The notes: generated by a model not told the origin, from the sequence alone. A stretch of DNA of 64,000 nucleotides from Nitrospirota bacterium (GCA_963754875.1 CAVWHO010000020.1:96001-160000); one strand, 5' to 3'. Counted from the first letter of the stretch, positions 41,430 to 52,897 are shown. Numbers and translations: made by a program.

Positions 41430-44018
41430 ATGAAAAGGAACCTGATAAAGTTTTTGGTGCTGTTGCTTGTTGCGATTCTGCCATTAGCACTCAGTGCATG
41501 TGGTGGCGGAGGCGGCGGAAGCAGTAGCAGTTCAAGCAGCAGTAGCAGCAGTAGCGGCACAACAAGCAGCAGTAGTAGCAGCAGCGGCACGGTCGTCGCA
41601 GCTACTACCCCGCTGACGGTCGCCACACAAGTGAGCGTCGTCGATCCTCATCTCTCCGGTTCCGTAGCAGCCGCAAAACCGCTTGCAGTTGCATGGTACA
41701 GTATGCGCTCATTGCTCAGGTCTGCCCCCAGCGGGACCTCGGATTATAACACCGACAAAACGGAGGTTTATGTACAGGAGCAATCTACGAAGTCCTTCGA
41801 CACGATCAACATGATCCTTTGTATGATGGGACAAACCAAATATGACGCAATGCTGAATCAGGGCAACTATTTGGCCCTCGTTGACAATAATCAGTGCAGC
41901 AGCAATAAATCGGATGCGTCGGCAGCAGGTCAGCAGTCGCAAAACCAATCATCGAGCACTGACATGCCCGATTACTGGAAATTTACGACAGTTTCGACCC
42001 GGGCCGACAATACATCAGATGAGTTTGTGAAGATCTGGCTGCACCAGCCTGCGAACGATGGCGGCGGTCAGGATCCGGAAATGCTGATTTATGTAAACAT
42101 AGTGATTTCTGAAGGTACAAGCTCATTAAACCCCTACGGCATCTTCACCTTGAACTTCGCAGGATACCCCGTCATAAACGGCAGTCCGGACCTCTCTTCA
42201 TCTAAGATGCACGGTACGTTAAAGGCCGTGCGGGCAGTAGCTGGCGATCCCACGAGTAAAGTGCTGCTTCAGTTTGTTCAAAATGACCAACATAGCGACG
42301 GGAATGGCGGTACTGAAAACTCGCAGGAAAAGGTTACCTTGGACAGGCAGCCAGACGGCTCAGCAGGCGCAGGACATGTTTTCCAGAGCTACATAAACTC
42401 CATGGGATCAGGCACTACAGATTTGGATATTGCCTTTAATTCAAGCGACTTTTTCAGACAAGACGTGGTGACCAGCAATAAATTCTGCTTGAGCAGGACT
42501 TTGTTCGACGAAAGTGCCTGGAGCTACGGCCTCTACGACACTACCGGCGCGCGGGTGACACGCAACTCCGGGTTCCCGATATCGTTTACCGATAGTAACA
42601 GCATGCAGCATCAGGGCTATGTCGGTTATTGGGGGGTTTGGACGGACGGTACGACCACTCTCAGTAATGGCGACACGGTAAACAAGATGGACTACAACGG
42701 CGGCAATACGACAACCACGCCCTATACTGTCTTCATTGCCGGCGGCAAACTGCATAAGCATATAAAGCAGACGCTGACGCTTGGCAATATCATCAACGTT
42801 CCGATTCAGTATAGCGAGTGGTCGGGTTCCACAGGCACGAATTACCAGGTTGTGTGGGACGGCACGAATCTCAATAAAGTAGCTTATATGCCCCAGATGT
42901 GCAATGGTAACTGCACGTGGGCGAATATGTCCACCCCTGTGGCGATTGACGTCACTCATCTCACCAACGGAGGAGGAAGCATCAACTTCTGGTCCGATTC
43001 TCTTGGCGGCTCGGGACAGATCGTGCTGAGCAACTGCACGTTCACGTTCGATATGACGACCAATAGTGGTATCACGAGTTGCGCTACGCCGACGAGCGGC
43101 AGCCCGGTAATCTTCTATGCGGACTCTGTAGTGTACCCGGGAGATACGGTGCCGACGTCGTTCGCCTGTTATGACAACTGCCCCACCGTTGATCCCTCTT
43201 CCGGACAGGCGACCATGAATATGATGTCCGCCCCGACCATGACGCCGACAGCAACGAACTATACGTTCAGTGCAACTACCGGTGCTAACGGGATGACGCT
43301 CATGCTTGGAGCAGATCCGGTGCTTATGACAATGCTCACCCCAACGCAGCAGTACGGTATCCAGAGCGGACCGATCTTCGACCCCAGTACAGCGAACATG
43401 AATGCGCTCGATTGCAATTGGGATGGAGACAATGATCCTGCGACGAATACCCAGATATGCAGTTGGAAGGCTTGGAGTGCTCTGCCGGTATTCTACACCT
43501 GGGAAACAGGCCCGGACAACTGGAACCAGTTTGTCGGTGTGAAAGATTCTAATGGCACTTTCGTGAATTTCGATACCCCTCTGATGGTCAAGTACGTCGG
43601 CACCGGCGATCCCTATGGCACGCTTGGCGCTACGTTCATGCTGCAGTACGGTGGGTTCGGACAGTTGCAAGGCATTCCCGGAAAGTGCGTGGACATGAAT
43701 ACCGGAGCGGATGCGGACTGCAGTTTGAGCAACGGCAGCAGCAGCATCAGATACGTCCCACAATTTACGATCCCGACATTGACCGGCGGACAACCTACAA
43801 CAGTAACAGACGGAAGCAACACGTACTATGTGAAGCCGCTCCAGGTTGAGCAGAGGATGAAGGCAGACCCGGCGGACCAGTGCTCAACGCTTGCAACGAC
43901 CGACTTTACCGCATACACGCTGCCCGATATCAGCATCTGGTCAGATCCAACTGTTGCTAACGGTGTTGAGCCGTCGGTAACTTCAGCGCCTGCGGTCATC
44001 GGAGGAGTCGTTCAGTAA
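41430..44018 (+). CDS. Large lipoprotein with Gly/Ser linker, unknown function
   Basis: Lipobox LSAC-GGGGGG-poly-Ser; Ser/Thr/Asn-rich, many Cys; AGGAGG RBS. Confidence 0.85.
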   Translation: MKRNLIKFLVLLLVAILPLALSACGGGGGGSSSSSSSSSSSSGTTSSSSSSSGTVVAATTPLTVATQVSVVDPHLSGSVAAAKPLAVAWYSMRSLLRSAPSGTSDYNTDKTEVYVQEQSTKSFDTINMILCMMGQTKYDAMLNQGNYLALVDNNQCSSNKSDASAAGQQSQNQSSSTDMPDYWKFTTVSTRADNTSDEFVKIWLHQPANDGGGQDPEMLIYVNIVISEGTSSLNPYGIFTLNFAGYPVINGSPDLSSSKMHGTLKAVRAVAGDPTSKVLLQFVQNDQHSDGNGGTENSQEKVTLDRQPDGSAGAGHVFQSYINSMGSGTTDLDIAFNSSDFFRQDVVTSNKFCLSRTLFDESAWSYGLYDTTGARVTRNSGFPISFTDSNSMQHQGYVGYWGVWTDGTTTLSNGDTVNKMDYNGGNTTTTPYTVFIAGGKLHKHIKQTLTLGNIINVPIQYSEWSGSTGTNYQVVWDGTNLNKVAYMPQMCNGNCTWANMSTPVAIDVTHLTNGGGSINFWSDSLGGSGQIVLSNCTFTFDMTTNSGITSCATPTSGSPVIFYADSVVYPGDTVPTSFACYDNCPTVDPSSGQATMNMMSAPTMTPTATNYTFSATTGANGMTLMLGADPVLMTMLTPTQQYGIQSGPIFDPSTANMNALDCNWDGDNDPATNTQICSWKAWSALPVFYTWETGPDNWNQFVGVKDSNGTFVNFDTPLMVKYVGTGDPYGTLGATFMLQYGGFGQLQGIPGKCVDMNTGADADCSLSNGSSSIRYVPQFTIPTLTGGQPTTVTDGSNTYYVKPLQVEQRMKADPADQCSTLATTDFTAYTLPDISIWSDPTVANGVEPSVTSAPAVIGGVVQ

Positions 44019-44050
44019 CGGCTATTTATAACTCAAAACTCATAACCTTG

Positions 44051-44082
44051 AAGGGCGGGACAAAATCCCGCCCTTTCTTTTT
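44051..44082 (+). terminator. Rho-independent terminator
   Basis: AAGGGCGGGA-CAAAA-TCCCGCCCTT followed by a T-rich run. Confidence 0.85.
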
Positions 44083-44299
44083 CCCTTCGCTTTCCATAAG
44101 TGATGCTTATATCTTGTTATATCGAATTTATGGATTTAGAGCGCTATTTTCCTTGACAACTTCTCAATCATTATAATAACATAACAAATCATGCAAAATG
44201 AAACCCCATACTGCATAATGCAATAGTTTGTATGGTGCAGCATGGCGACTTCATTTAATAGATATAGCTGAGACACTGTAAGGGGAGGATGAATAAGAA

Positions 44300-45322
44300 A
44301 TGCTCCAACGCAAGGCTAATGTTATAATGCTACTTTTGATCATAGCAACAGCGATTTTCGCGGTCACGGCGACTGCTGCGGCACAGAATGAGGCTCCGGC
44401 GGCAGTTGCCACGGAAACGGAAAAGCACGGCGATGCTCAGCCGGTAACTGCGGGCCCGGCTGTCTCCGGAACAGCCGTGCCGTGGTGGATTTGGCCTTTG
44501 GCATTATTCATCGTGACGTTTATCCTCGGCATTCTTGCGGTACTCGGCGGCGTCGGCGGCGGAGTGCTGTTCGTGCCGATCGTGGGCGGATTTTTCCCAT
44601 TCAACATCGATTTCGTGAGAGGCGCCGGTCTTCTCGTAGCTCTTGCCGGAGCGCTCGCTGCTGGGCCCGGCCTTTTGAAAAGGAACCTCGCGAGCATCCG
44701 ATTGGCGCTTCCTGTCGCGCTGATCGCGTCGGCCGCAGCGATCGTCGGCGCAATGGTCGGTCTGGCCCTCAAACCCGACGTCGTCAACACGCTGCTCGGG
44801 GCGACTATCCTCTTCATTGTGGTGATCATGGCTACTGCAAAAAAGTCCGACTTCCCCGTCGTGCCGAAAGCTGACAACCTTGCTCAGAGCCTCGGGATCA
44901 TGGGCATTTATCGGGAGGAGTCGCTCGGCAAGGACGTGGAGTGGACCGTCCACAAGACGCCGCTGGGGCTGGCCCTGTTTATCATTATTGGCATCATGGC
45001 CGGTATGTTCGGCCTCGGCGCCGGCTGGGCGAACATACCCGTGCTGAACCTGCTGATGGGCGCGCCGCTCAAGATTTCCGTTGCCACGAGCAAGTTCCTG
45101 CTCTCGATCACCGATACCTCGGCTGCGTGGGTGTACTTGAACCAGGGTGCGGTGCTTCCTATGATCGTGGTACCGTCCCTCGTGGGCATCATGCTGGGCT
45201 CCATCGTGGGTGTGAAGATCCTCGCCAAGGCGAAACCAAAGGCGATCAAATGGATGGTCATCACGCTCCTGCTCTTTGCGGGACTGAGGTCCCTGCTCAA
45301 GGGACTCGGAATCTGGCCTTAG
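44300..45322 (+). CDS. TauE/SafE family (sulfite exporter-like) membrane protein
   Basis: GGVGGGVLFVP and GLGAGWANIP repeats; N-terminal extension. Confidence 0.88.
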   Translation: MLQRKANVIMLLLIIATAIFAVTATAAAQNEAPAAVATETEKHGDAQPVTAGPAVSGTAVPWWIWPLALFIVTFILGILAVLGGVGGGVLFVPIVGGFFPFNIDFVRGAGLLVALAGALAAGPGLLKRNLASIRLALPVALIASAAAIVGAMVGLALKPDVVNTLLGATILFIVVIMATAKKSDFPVVPKADNLAQSLGIMGIYREESLGKDVEWTVHKTPLGLALFIIIGIMAGMFGLGAGWANIPVLNLLMGAPLKISVATSKFLLSITDTSAAWVYLNQGAVLPMIVVPSLVGIMLGSIVGVKILAKAKPKAIKWMVITLLLFAGLRSLLKGLGIWP

Positions 45323-45334
45323 GAGGGAAGAACA

Positions 45335-45754
45335 ATGGCGAACGAAAAAACGAAAGCATCAGAAGAACAAATAGCATACGCAAAAATCCTCAATGTGGGC
45401 ATGTGGTTCGGGCTCGCTCTGCTCGTAGTCACCTTTTTTATTTACATATCGGGAGTGCTTCCGACCTTTGTGCCGATCAACGATCTGCCGAAGTACTGGA
45501 CCATGAGAGTCCACGATTTCAACCATGAGCTCCATGCGCCCATTGGTTGGGGATGGACAGCGCTTGCCGGCAAGGGTGATTATCTGAATTTCGTTCCCAT
45601 CGCGATTCTGGCCGGATTGACGATCCTGTGCTACCTTGTCATCCTGCCGATCCTGGCAAGGAAGAAAGACACAGCCTACGTCGTTATCGCGATCGTTGAG
45701 GTGCTGGTGCTGGCCCTTGCGGCGAGCGGGATTTTGAAAGTCGGCGGGCATTAG
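45335..45754 (+). CDS. DUF1634-type membrane protein (TauE partner)
   Basis: EQIAYA, GWGW, GDYLNF; typical position after TauE. Confidence 0.7.
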   Translation: MANEKTKASEEQIAYAKILNVGMWFGLALLVVTFFIYISGVLPTFVPINDLPKYWTMRVHDFNHELHAPIGWGWTALAGKGDYLNFVPIAILAGLTILCYLVILPILARKKDTAYVVIAIVEVLVLALAASGILKVGGH

Positions 45755-45781
45755 ATACTTCAATACAGGAACATTCCCATC

Positions 45782-45810
45782 AAGAGGCGGCCGAAAGGCC
45801 GCCTCTTTTT
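45782..45810 (+). terminator. Rho-independent terminator
   Basis: AAGAGGCGGCC-GAAA-GGCCGCCTCTT-TTT. Confidence 0.88.
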
Positions 45811-45891
45811 CGTGCGCCAGGCAGGGCGATCCAAACAACAGCATGATAACCTGAAGAATGGTCCTTGAAGTGGAGCAGATTTAATTTTTTC

Positions 45892-45919
45892 TTGACAAAA
45901 TGACTTAATGGAATATACT
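45892..45919 (+). promoter_or_regulatory. Putative sigma-70 promoter of the first Ehr operon
   Basis: TTGACA-16 bp-TATACT. Confidence 0.55.
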
Positions 45920-45982
45920 ACGGCATCGTTACTCGGTTTTCTTGTAAAACCTGATTTTTGACAGAGCGGGATTATCTTTTAG

Positions 45983-47974
45983 ATGGAAACGGAACAGTAT
46001 TTTCTTTCAGGCATTCTATTCTTCGTAATCAGCGCAGGCGCCGCACTCGTACCAGCAAAAAAAATCAGAACAACGGCTTACCTTGTCTCCCTGCTCGGCT
46101 CCCTTAGTTTTCTCTTCCTTGGTGTTTACCTAACCGTTGCCGCCCCCATAACGTTCCCTGCGACCTCGGTAACCTCTATTTTCGAGTTTGCCTTGCGCGG
46201 CGACGCGCTCTCCGGTTTCTTCATCATCGTCATTTCCCTGATAACGCTCGCCACGTCTCTCTATTCCATCGGGTTTACGCGCGACATGGAATATGCCGGC
46301 TTCATCGGGTTTTTTTACAACATCCTGATCCTGAGTCTGTACGCAGTTGTGCTGTCTGCGAACATCTTCACGTTCCTGATCTCCTGGGAAACCATGGCGA
46401 TCGCCTCATATCTGCTCGTTATAGTCGAACGATCGGACAAAGCGTCCCGCGCCGGGCTTTTTTACGCAGTGATGACCCACATCGGGACGGCATTCATCAT
46501 CGCGTTGTTCTTCATCCTGTACCGCGCCACGGGGAAAATGGATTTTGAGGGGATGAAAGCAGGCATTACCGTCATGCCGGTCGGTATAAAATCCGTCGTT
46601 TTTATCTTCGCCCTTGTCGGGTTCGGCACCAAGGCCGGCATCATCCCGCTCCACACCTGGATCCCCCGCGCCTACCGGGTTGTGCCTCCGCACATCGCGG
46701 CTTTGATGTCCGGCCTGATGGTCAAAATGGGCATCTACGGCATCATACGCATCTGCATGGACGTCATGGGGCAGGGGCCGGAATGGTGGGGAATCACGGT
46801 CATCGCCGTGGGCGCGGTTTCTGCCCTGCTCGGTATCCTCTATGCAATCATCGAAAACGAACTGAAAGTATTTCTTGCCTATTCTAGCGTCGAAAACATC
46901 GGAATCATTCTGCTCGGCGTGGGCGCATCCATGTTGTTCAAGAGCAACGGTCTTCCTGCGCTGTCTGCGCTTGCGCTCTCGGCGGCGCTTTTCCACGTGC
47001 TGAACCATGCCTTCTTCAAGGGTGCGCTCTTCCTCGGTGCGGGGTCGATCATCCGCGGCACGGGCATCGGAAATATGGAAAAAATGGGAGGCCTGCTCAA
47101 ACGAATGCCCTTCACCGGCCTGTTCTTTCTCGCAGGATCACTCTCGATCTGCGCGCTTCCTCCTTTTAATGGTTTTGTGAGCGAATGGCTTACATACCAA
47201 GCGCTGCTTCTCGGCTACCAGGCGCCGTCCATAACGGCAAAGATCGTGTCCCCGCTCGGAGGCGCGGCCTTGGCGCTCACCGGCGCTATTGCCGCTGCGG
47301 GGTTCGTAAAGGCCTTCGGCATTTCCTTCCTGGGCATGCCGAGGACCGCAGAAGCGCGTGAAACGCGGGAGGCATCGCCTTCCATGCTGATCGGCATGGC
47401 CCTGCTTGCCGTGCCCTGCCTCCTCTTCGGCCTCTTTCCCGGCGCAGCCTTATCGTCCCTGCTTCCGGCAGTCTCTGTCGTTACCGGTGCGACCCCGACG
47501 CTGGAGTATCGCGGCATGCTGAGCATCGGGCAGACGTCAGCCACGCTGTCGCCGGCGTTTCTGCTCGTCACGATGGTCGTCCTGCTGGCCGCAACCCTCG
47601 TCTTCATCCGGATCATCGGGGGAAAACGGCAGACCGTGTATGCCGATTCCTGGGCTTGCGGCATCCCCGGACTCTCGCCCCGCATGCAGTATACGGCCAC
47701 GGCATTTACCAAACCGCTCCGCATCATCTACAAACGCATCTATCTCCCGAGCCGCGACCTCAAAGTGCAGTACACGACGAAGCCTTTTTTTGTCAAATCG
47801 ATCCGTTACGGAAGCGAGATCACGCCGTTCTTCGAACGGTACCTCTACGAGCCGATAACCCGGCTCATCAATATCATTGCCGGCAGGGTCAAACTGCTGC
47901 AGTCGGGGAGTCTTCAGCTGTACTTGGGGTATATTTTGCTGACGCTGATTGTTTTGCTGATCTTCGGAACGTAA
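45983..47974 (+). CDS. hyfB: Hydrogenase-4 component B-like antiporter subunit (Ehr complex 1)
   Basis: KAGIIPLHTW, AYSSVENIG, PPFNGFVSEW, WACG. Confidence 0.9.
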   Translation: METEQYFLSGILFFVISAGAALVPAKKIRTTAYLVSLLGSLSFLFLGVYLTVAAPITFPATSVTSIFEFALRGDALSGFFIIVISLITLATSLYSIGFTRDMEYAGFIGFFYNILILSLYAVVLSANIFTFLISWETMAIASYLLVIVERSDKASRAGLFYAVMTHIGTAFIIALFFILYRATGKMDFEGMKAGITVMPVGIKSVVFIFALVGFGTKAGIIPLHTWIPRAYRVVPPHIAALMSGLMVKMGIYGIIRICMDVMGQGPEWWGITVIAVGAVSALLGILYAIIENELKVFLAYSSVENIGIILLGVGASMLFKSNGLPALSALALSAALFHVLNHAFFKGALFLGAGSIIRGTGIGNMEKMGGLLKRMPFTGLFFLAGSLSICALPPFNGFVSEWLTYQALLLGYQAPSITAKIVSPLGGAALALTGAIAAAGFVKAFGISFLGMPRTAEARETREASPSMLIGMALLAVPCLLFGLFPGAALSSLLPAVSVVTGATPTLEYRGMLSIGQTSATLSPAFLLVTMVVLLAATLVFIRIIGGKRQTVYADSWACGIPGLSPRMQYTATAFTKPLRIIYKRIYLPSRDLKVQYTTKPFFVKSIRYGSEITPFFERYLYEPITRLINIIAGRVKLLQSGSLQLYLGYILLTLIVLLIFGT

Positions 47975-48051
47975 AGCATCTGCCACAGAAGGGATCGTTA
48001 ACACCGAAAAGTCAGAAAGCAGGGGCCGGGGTCAAGGGGCAAGTTTAACAG

Positions 48052-48969
48052 ATGGCGCATTTTCAATTTATCATCATCATTCTGTTCTCTCCGTTGGTGA
48101 ACGGAGTGATCAAAAAACTCAAGGCGAACATGCAGGGCCGAGTTGGTCCGGGTGTGTTGCAGCCGTATTACGATCTCCTGCGCCTTTTTAAAAAAGACAT
48201 GGTCGTTTCCACGGTAACGTCCTGGATCTTCAAGGCGACCCCGTATATCGTTTTCACGGCAACCATCGCTACGGCCATGATCGTGCCTATAGTGTCTACG
48301 GCATCTTCCTATAGCATGATGGGAGATGTGATTGCGCTCATTTATCTCTTCGCTCTTGCGCGGTTTTTCATGGCCCTCGCCGGACTCGATGCAGGGACCG
48401 GCTTCGGCGGAGAGGGGAGCAGCCGCGAAATGACCGTCGCGATCCTGGTCGAACCCATGATGATGCTCGCGCTCTTCACTGCCGCCATCTCGGCAGGTTC
48501 GACGAACATCGCACGTATCGCCGCGACTTCGAGCGCCGTCTATTCGCCGTCCCACGTGCTTGCGCTGTCGGCGTTCATTGTTGCGATCATCGCCGAAACG
48601 GGCAGGGTGCCGGTCGACAACCCGGACACACATCTGGAGTTGACCATGATCCATGAAGGCATGATCCTGGAGTATTCAGGACGGTATCTTGCCCTCATGG
48701 AATGGGCGCACTATATAAAGCAGATGGTGCTGTTCACGCTTGCGGTGGATATCTTCTTCCCGGTAGGAATTATGCAGGCAGAGGGAACCTCAACAATCGT
48801 TGCGGCATCCGTGGCGTACGCGGGCAAGATGCTCGTCCTGGCGCTTCTGATGGCGCTTGTTGAGTCCACGCGGGCGAAAGTCCGGTTCTTTCGGCTCCCG
48901 TCGATCCTGGGCGGAGCCTTTGTCCTGGCGTTTTTGTCGCTGGTGACGCACATTATGCTGGGGAAGTAG
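48052..48969 (+). CDS. hyfC: HyfC/NuoH-like membrane subunit (Ehr 1)
   Basis: ETGRVPVDNPDTHLELTMIHE. Confidence 0.9.
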   Translation: MAHFQFIIIILFSPLVNGVIKKLKANMQGRVGPGVLQPYYDLLRLFKKDMVVSTVTSWIFKATPYIVFTATIATAMIVPIVSTASSYSMMGDVIALIYLFALARFFMALAGLDAGTGFGGEGSSREMTVAILVEPMMMLALFTAAISAGSTNIARIAATSSAVYSPSHVLALSAFIVAIIAETGRVPVDNPDTHLELTMIHEGMILEYSGRYLALMEWAHYIKQMVLFTLAVDIFFPVGIMQAEGTSTIVAASVAYAGKMLVLALLMALVESTRAKVRFFRLPSILGGAFVLAFLSLVTHIMLGK

Positions 48970-49017
48970 ACAACAGGGGGAGCGTTTGTTCTGGTACGTG
49001 GACGTGGGTGCGATGAT

Positions 49018-49677
49018 ATGAAAACCTGGATCGAAGCATTTTCCATAATCGATTTTATTTCCGTCGGCATCCTGCTGACGGCCGTGACCCTGAACGCGTT
49101 TAAAAGCATCGAGTCCTATGTCAAGGCATACACAATCAATTCCTGGCTCCTGGCTGGCCTGATTGCCGTGGTCGCGGTCCTGGTGGGAGAAACGCACTTG
49201 TATATCGCGGCCCTGCTGACCCTTGCGACGAAGGGCATCATCATCCCTCTTTTTCTCCGCAGGATTGTCCGCCAGATGCGGGTGACCCATGAAGTCCAGC
49301 CGTACATCGGCAACTCGCTGTCGCTCGCGATATCCGGCATCCTGGTCGCCGTCGTCTATGCGTCGCTCAAGGAAGGCATTTTCGTTACGGGTTTTTCGAG
49401 GAACGTGCTTCAAATATCCATCGCCGTGATCCTCATCAGCCTGTTCATTATGATCACGAGAAAGAAAGCGCTGACGCTGGTGATCGGGCTTTTGTTCATG
49501 GAGAACGGCCTCTTTCTCGCCGGGTTCTCGTTGACTTTCGGCATGCCCACGATGATTGAACTGGGCGTTTTGTTCGACATGCTCATGGGAGTCATCATCC
49601 TGGGCATCTTCGCAATCCAGATCAAGAAGGCCTTTGCGTCGGCCGACCTGGACAAACTGACCGTGTTAAAAGGATAG
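49018..49677 (+). CDS. hyfE: HyfE-like membrane subunit (Ehr 1)
   Basis: MENG...GMP...ELGVLFD. Confidence 0.88.
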   Translation: MKTWIEAFSIIDFISVGILLTAVTLNAFKSIESYVKAYTINSWLLAGLIAVVAVLVGETHLYIAALLTLATKGIIIPLFLRRIVRQMRVTHEVQPYIGNSLSLAISGILVAVVYASLKEGIFVTGFSRNVLQISIAVILISLFIMITRKKALTLVIGLLFMENGLFLAGFSLTFGMPTMIELGVLFDMLMGVIILGIFAIQIKKAFASADLDKLTVLKG

Positions 49678-49766
49678 TTCAAAGTTCAGAGTTCGCCCTG
49701 CATTCGCGCTAAGCACTCATATGCGCTGGGTGCAAGCAAAGTACTGAGTACAAGGTAGAAGAAATA

Positions 49767-51255
49767 ATGATTGCAATACTTATCATACCGATCGTCACGG
49801 CGATCATCTGTTACAATATCTGGAACCCCCGCGTCGTCGGCTATGTAAGCCTCGCAGGGACCATCGCCCTCGTGGTTGCCGCGTTCCCGGTCATTGCTGC
49901 GTCCCTCGTTGCGCCGGTTTCGGCAATGAACGATGCGTTCTCCATGGACGCCCTTTCCGGGTACATCATGGCGCTCGTGCTCTTTTTGAGCCTGGCCTCG
50001 GCGGCTTATTCCATCAGCTATCTCGAACACGAGTTCGAAGCCGGGCTCATGAACCCCCGCGGGGTGCGGACCTATTACGGACTGCTCCACCTCTTCATCT
50101 TTACCATGCTGCTCGTGACCATGGCGAACAACCTCGCCATCATGTGGATCGGGATCGAGGCCACGACGATCGTGTCGGCCCTCCTTATCGGCCTCGGGTT
50201 CCACAAACGGCCGCTGGCTGTCGAGGCGGCATGGAAGTATATCATCCTCTGCACCGTCGGCATCACCTTTGCTCTTCTGGGGACGTTCATCACCTATTAC
50301 GCGTCCACCGCGATCATGGGGACCGAAGGCGCTCTGAACTGGACCGAACTGAGAGGCGTTGCCGACAAACTGAATCCCGAGACCATGAAGCTCGCCTTCG
50401 TTTTTGTGCTGGTCGGCTACGGCACCAAGGCGGGTCTCGCGCCGGTGCATAACTGGCTTCCCGACGCCCACAGCCAGGCGCCGAGCCCCATCAGCGCGCT
50501 GCTTTCGGGCATCCTCCTGAACACGGCGTTCTACGGCATCATGCGCTTCGTTTCCATCGTCGAACCGTCGACAGGCAGCGCTTTCACCGGCAACCTGCTC
50601 ATCGTCTTCGGCCTCATATCCGTCGGCATTTCGTCCATCTTCATCCTGGTGCAGGACAATTTCAAACGGCTGCTTGCCTACAGCAGTATCGAGCACATGG
50701 GCATCATCTCCCTCGGCGTCGGCATCGGCGGTCCCATCGGCATTTACGGCGCCCTTCTGCACATTCTGAACCACGCAATTTCCAAGCCCCTCATGTTCTT
50801 TGCCTCGGGAAAGATCCAGTCGCGTTTCGGATCCACGAACATCGCGAACGTGCGCGGCGTGCTTACCTCCATGCCACTCCTGGGAACACTTACCTTTATC
50901 GGCGCGCTGTCGCTTGTCGGGCACGCCGCCGTTCAATATTTTCGTGAGCGAATTTACGGTGCTCAAAGCGGCCGTGGACCGCGGGTTGTGGCCGGCGGTG
51001 ATCCTGTTTCTTGTGTTCGTGGTGATTGTATTCTACGGCGTCCTTTCAGGCTTCGGGAAAATGCTGTTCGGCAAGCCCGAAGAAGCGATCATGCCCGATG
51101 CCGGGCATCATCCGCAGCGCTTTACGATCGGAAGAGTGCTGGCCAACGCCGTCATGATCGTGATGGCGCTGTCGGTCATCGTCCTGGGCTTCAGAGTGCC
51201 TGAGTTTATCGACACGACGATCAAGACCTGCGTGCAGGTCCTCGGAGTGAAATGA
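49767..51255 (+). CDS. hyfF: HyfF-like antiporter subunit (Ehr 1); frameshift ~50920
   Basis: EAAWKY, GYGTKAGLAPVHNWLPDAHSQAP; continues as GTPPFNIFVSEF in a second frame. Confidence 0.88.
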
Positions 51256-52827
51256 TGGAAAAGATCCTGAAAAATGCGATCAAGGCGTCGGAACACCTGA
51301 ATGAGTCCTATGATCGAGGTAAAGCGCGATGACTTCAGGAAGGTCTGTTCCTATTTATTCGAGGACCTCCATGCGCTCCTGCGCGTCATGTTTGCAACCG
51401 ACGAGCGGGAACGGGACGGCGTTTTCAAAATATACGCGGTTTTTTCCGTTCCCGGCGCAGACCGCTTTTTCGTTATTGTTCTGTCCGTGAAGCCGAGGAA
51501 GCGAGTTTTCCCTCCCTTACCGGCCGCGTTCCCTGCTGCTCACTGGTATGAGCGGGAGATCAGGGACCTGTTCGGTCTCACGCCGGAGGGGCACCCGGAC
51601 CAGCGCAGGCTGATCTTTCATGAGGCCTTTCCCGCAGGCTCCCATCCGCTCCGGAAAGACTGGTCGATTTCAGCGATCAGACCTCAAGGAATGGGAAGAG
51701 GGGACCACGGTCAAGGTCCCGCACCCCTTCATGGAAGTCGAGGGCGAAGGGATCGTCGAGATCCCCGTGGGCCCCGTGCACGCCGGGATCATCGAGCCCG
51801 GACACTTCCGGTTCAGCGCCGTCGGAGAGACGATTTTTTTTCTTGAACCGCGGCTGTCCTATACCCACAAGGGGACGGAAAAACAGTTCGAGAAACTGGG
51901 GTTCATCGAGGGCGTGAAGCTTGCCGAGCGCGTCTCAGGCACGTCTTCGTTTGCCCACGGCGCCGCCTATTGCATGGCAGTGGAGCGGATGATGGACGTC
52001 GAGATCACGGAAAAAGCGGCAGCCGTCAGGACGCTCGTGCTCGAACTGGAACGGCTCTACAACCACATCGGCGATATCGGAAACATGTGCGCGGGCACGG
52101 CGTTCGGCGTGGGCTACATGAACGGCGCGACCATCAAAGAACAGCTCATGCAGCTCAATGAACGGCTCACCGGCAGCAGATACCTGCGCGGCCTCACCGT
52201 TGTCGGCGGCGTTACGAAAGACCTGTTTGCCCAGGCCGACGATATTTTGAAGACCATCGACCAGGCGACGAAGGATTATAAGGACTTGAAGGAGCTATCT
52301 GCTCGGCTCGGTTTCTCACATCGAGCGGCTCGAGAATACGGGCAGGCTGTCGAAAGACATTGCGCGCAAACTCGGCGTCACGGGAGTGGCTGCCCGCGCT
52401 TCGGGCCTGCCCGACGACCTGAGGAAGTCGCATCCCCATCTGCTGTATGATCGCCTGATCTTCGAAGCCCATACCTTCGAAAAAGGCGACGTCTTCGCCC
52501 GCATGATGGTCCGGTCGGAAGAAATAGAGTGCTCGATCTCCATGGTCCAGGCGCTTATCGAAAGCGGCTACTCCGGCGATCTGGCCGTATCGCTCAAGTC
52601 GGCTGCTCCCTATGCTTCTGCGTTGGGCTATGCGGAATCGCCCCGCGGGATCGCTGTTTTACTGGGTGATGGCGGACAAGGACGGAAAACCGCTTCGCGT
52701 GAAGCTCCGTTCTCCTTCGTACTGCAACTGGCCTGCGGTGCCTTTTGCCGTGCATGGAAATATCGTGCCGGATTTCCCGTTGTGCAACAAGAGCTTTAAT
52801 TTGTCCTACTCCGGTACGGACATGTAA
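51252..52827 (+). CDS. HyfG/NuoCD-like large subunit lacking Ni ligands (Ehr 1); several frameshifts
   Basis: GPVHAGIIEPGHF, ERVSGTSSFAH, DFPLCNKSFNLSYSG. Confidence 0.85.
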
Positions 52828-52856
52828 ATAGGCAGAAGCAGAAGAAAGGTACCTTC

Positions 52857-52879
52857 GTAGCCGCAGGCTTCAGCCTGCG
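52857..52879. repeat. GTAG-type REP-like palindrome
   Basis: GTAG-C-CGCAGGC-TTCA-GCCTGCG. Confidence 0.55.
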
Positions 52880-52897
52880 AAATGAGAGACATCCATC

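Noticed and set aside
41120..41430. c-di-GMP (GEMM) or other known riboswitch in the long leader
   Set aside because: Could not find the conserved GEMM core by eye; an Rfam scan is needed.
41505..41590. AGC/AGT trinucleotide repeat as microsatellite or CRISPR
   Set aside because: It encodes the poly-Ser linker. No CRISPR array was seen anywhere in the window.
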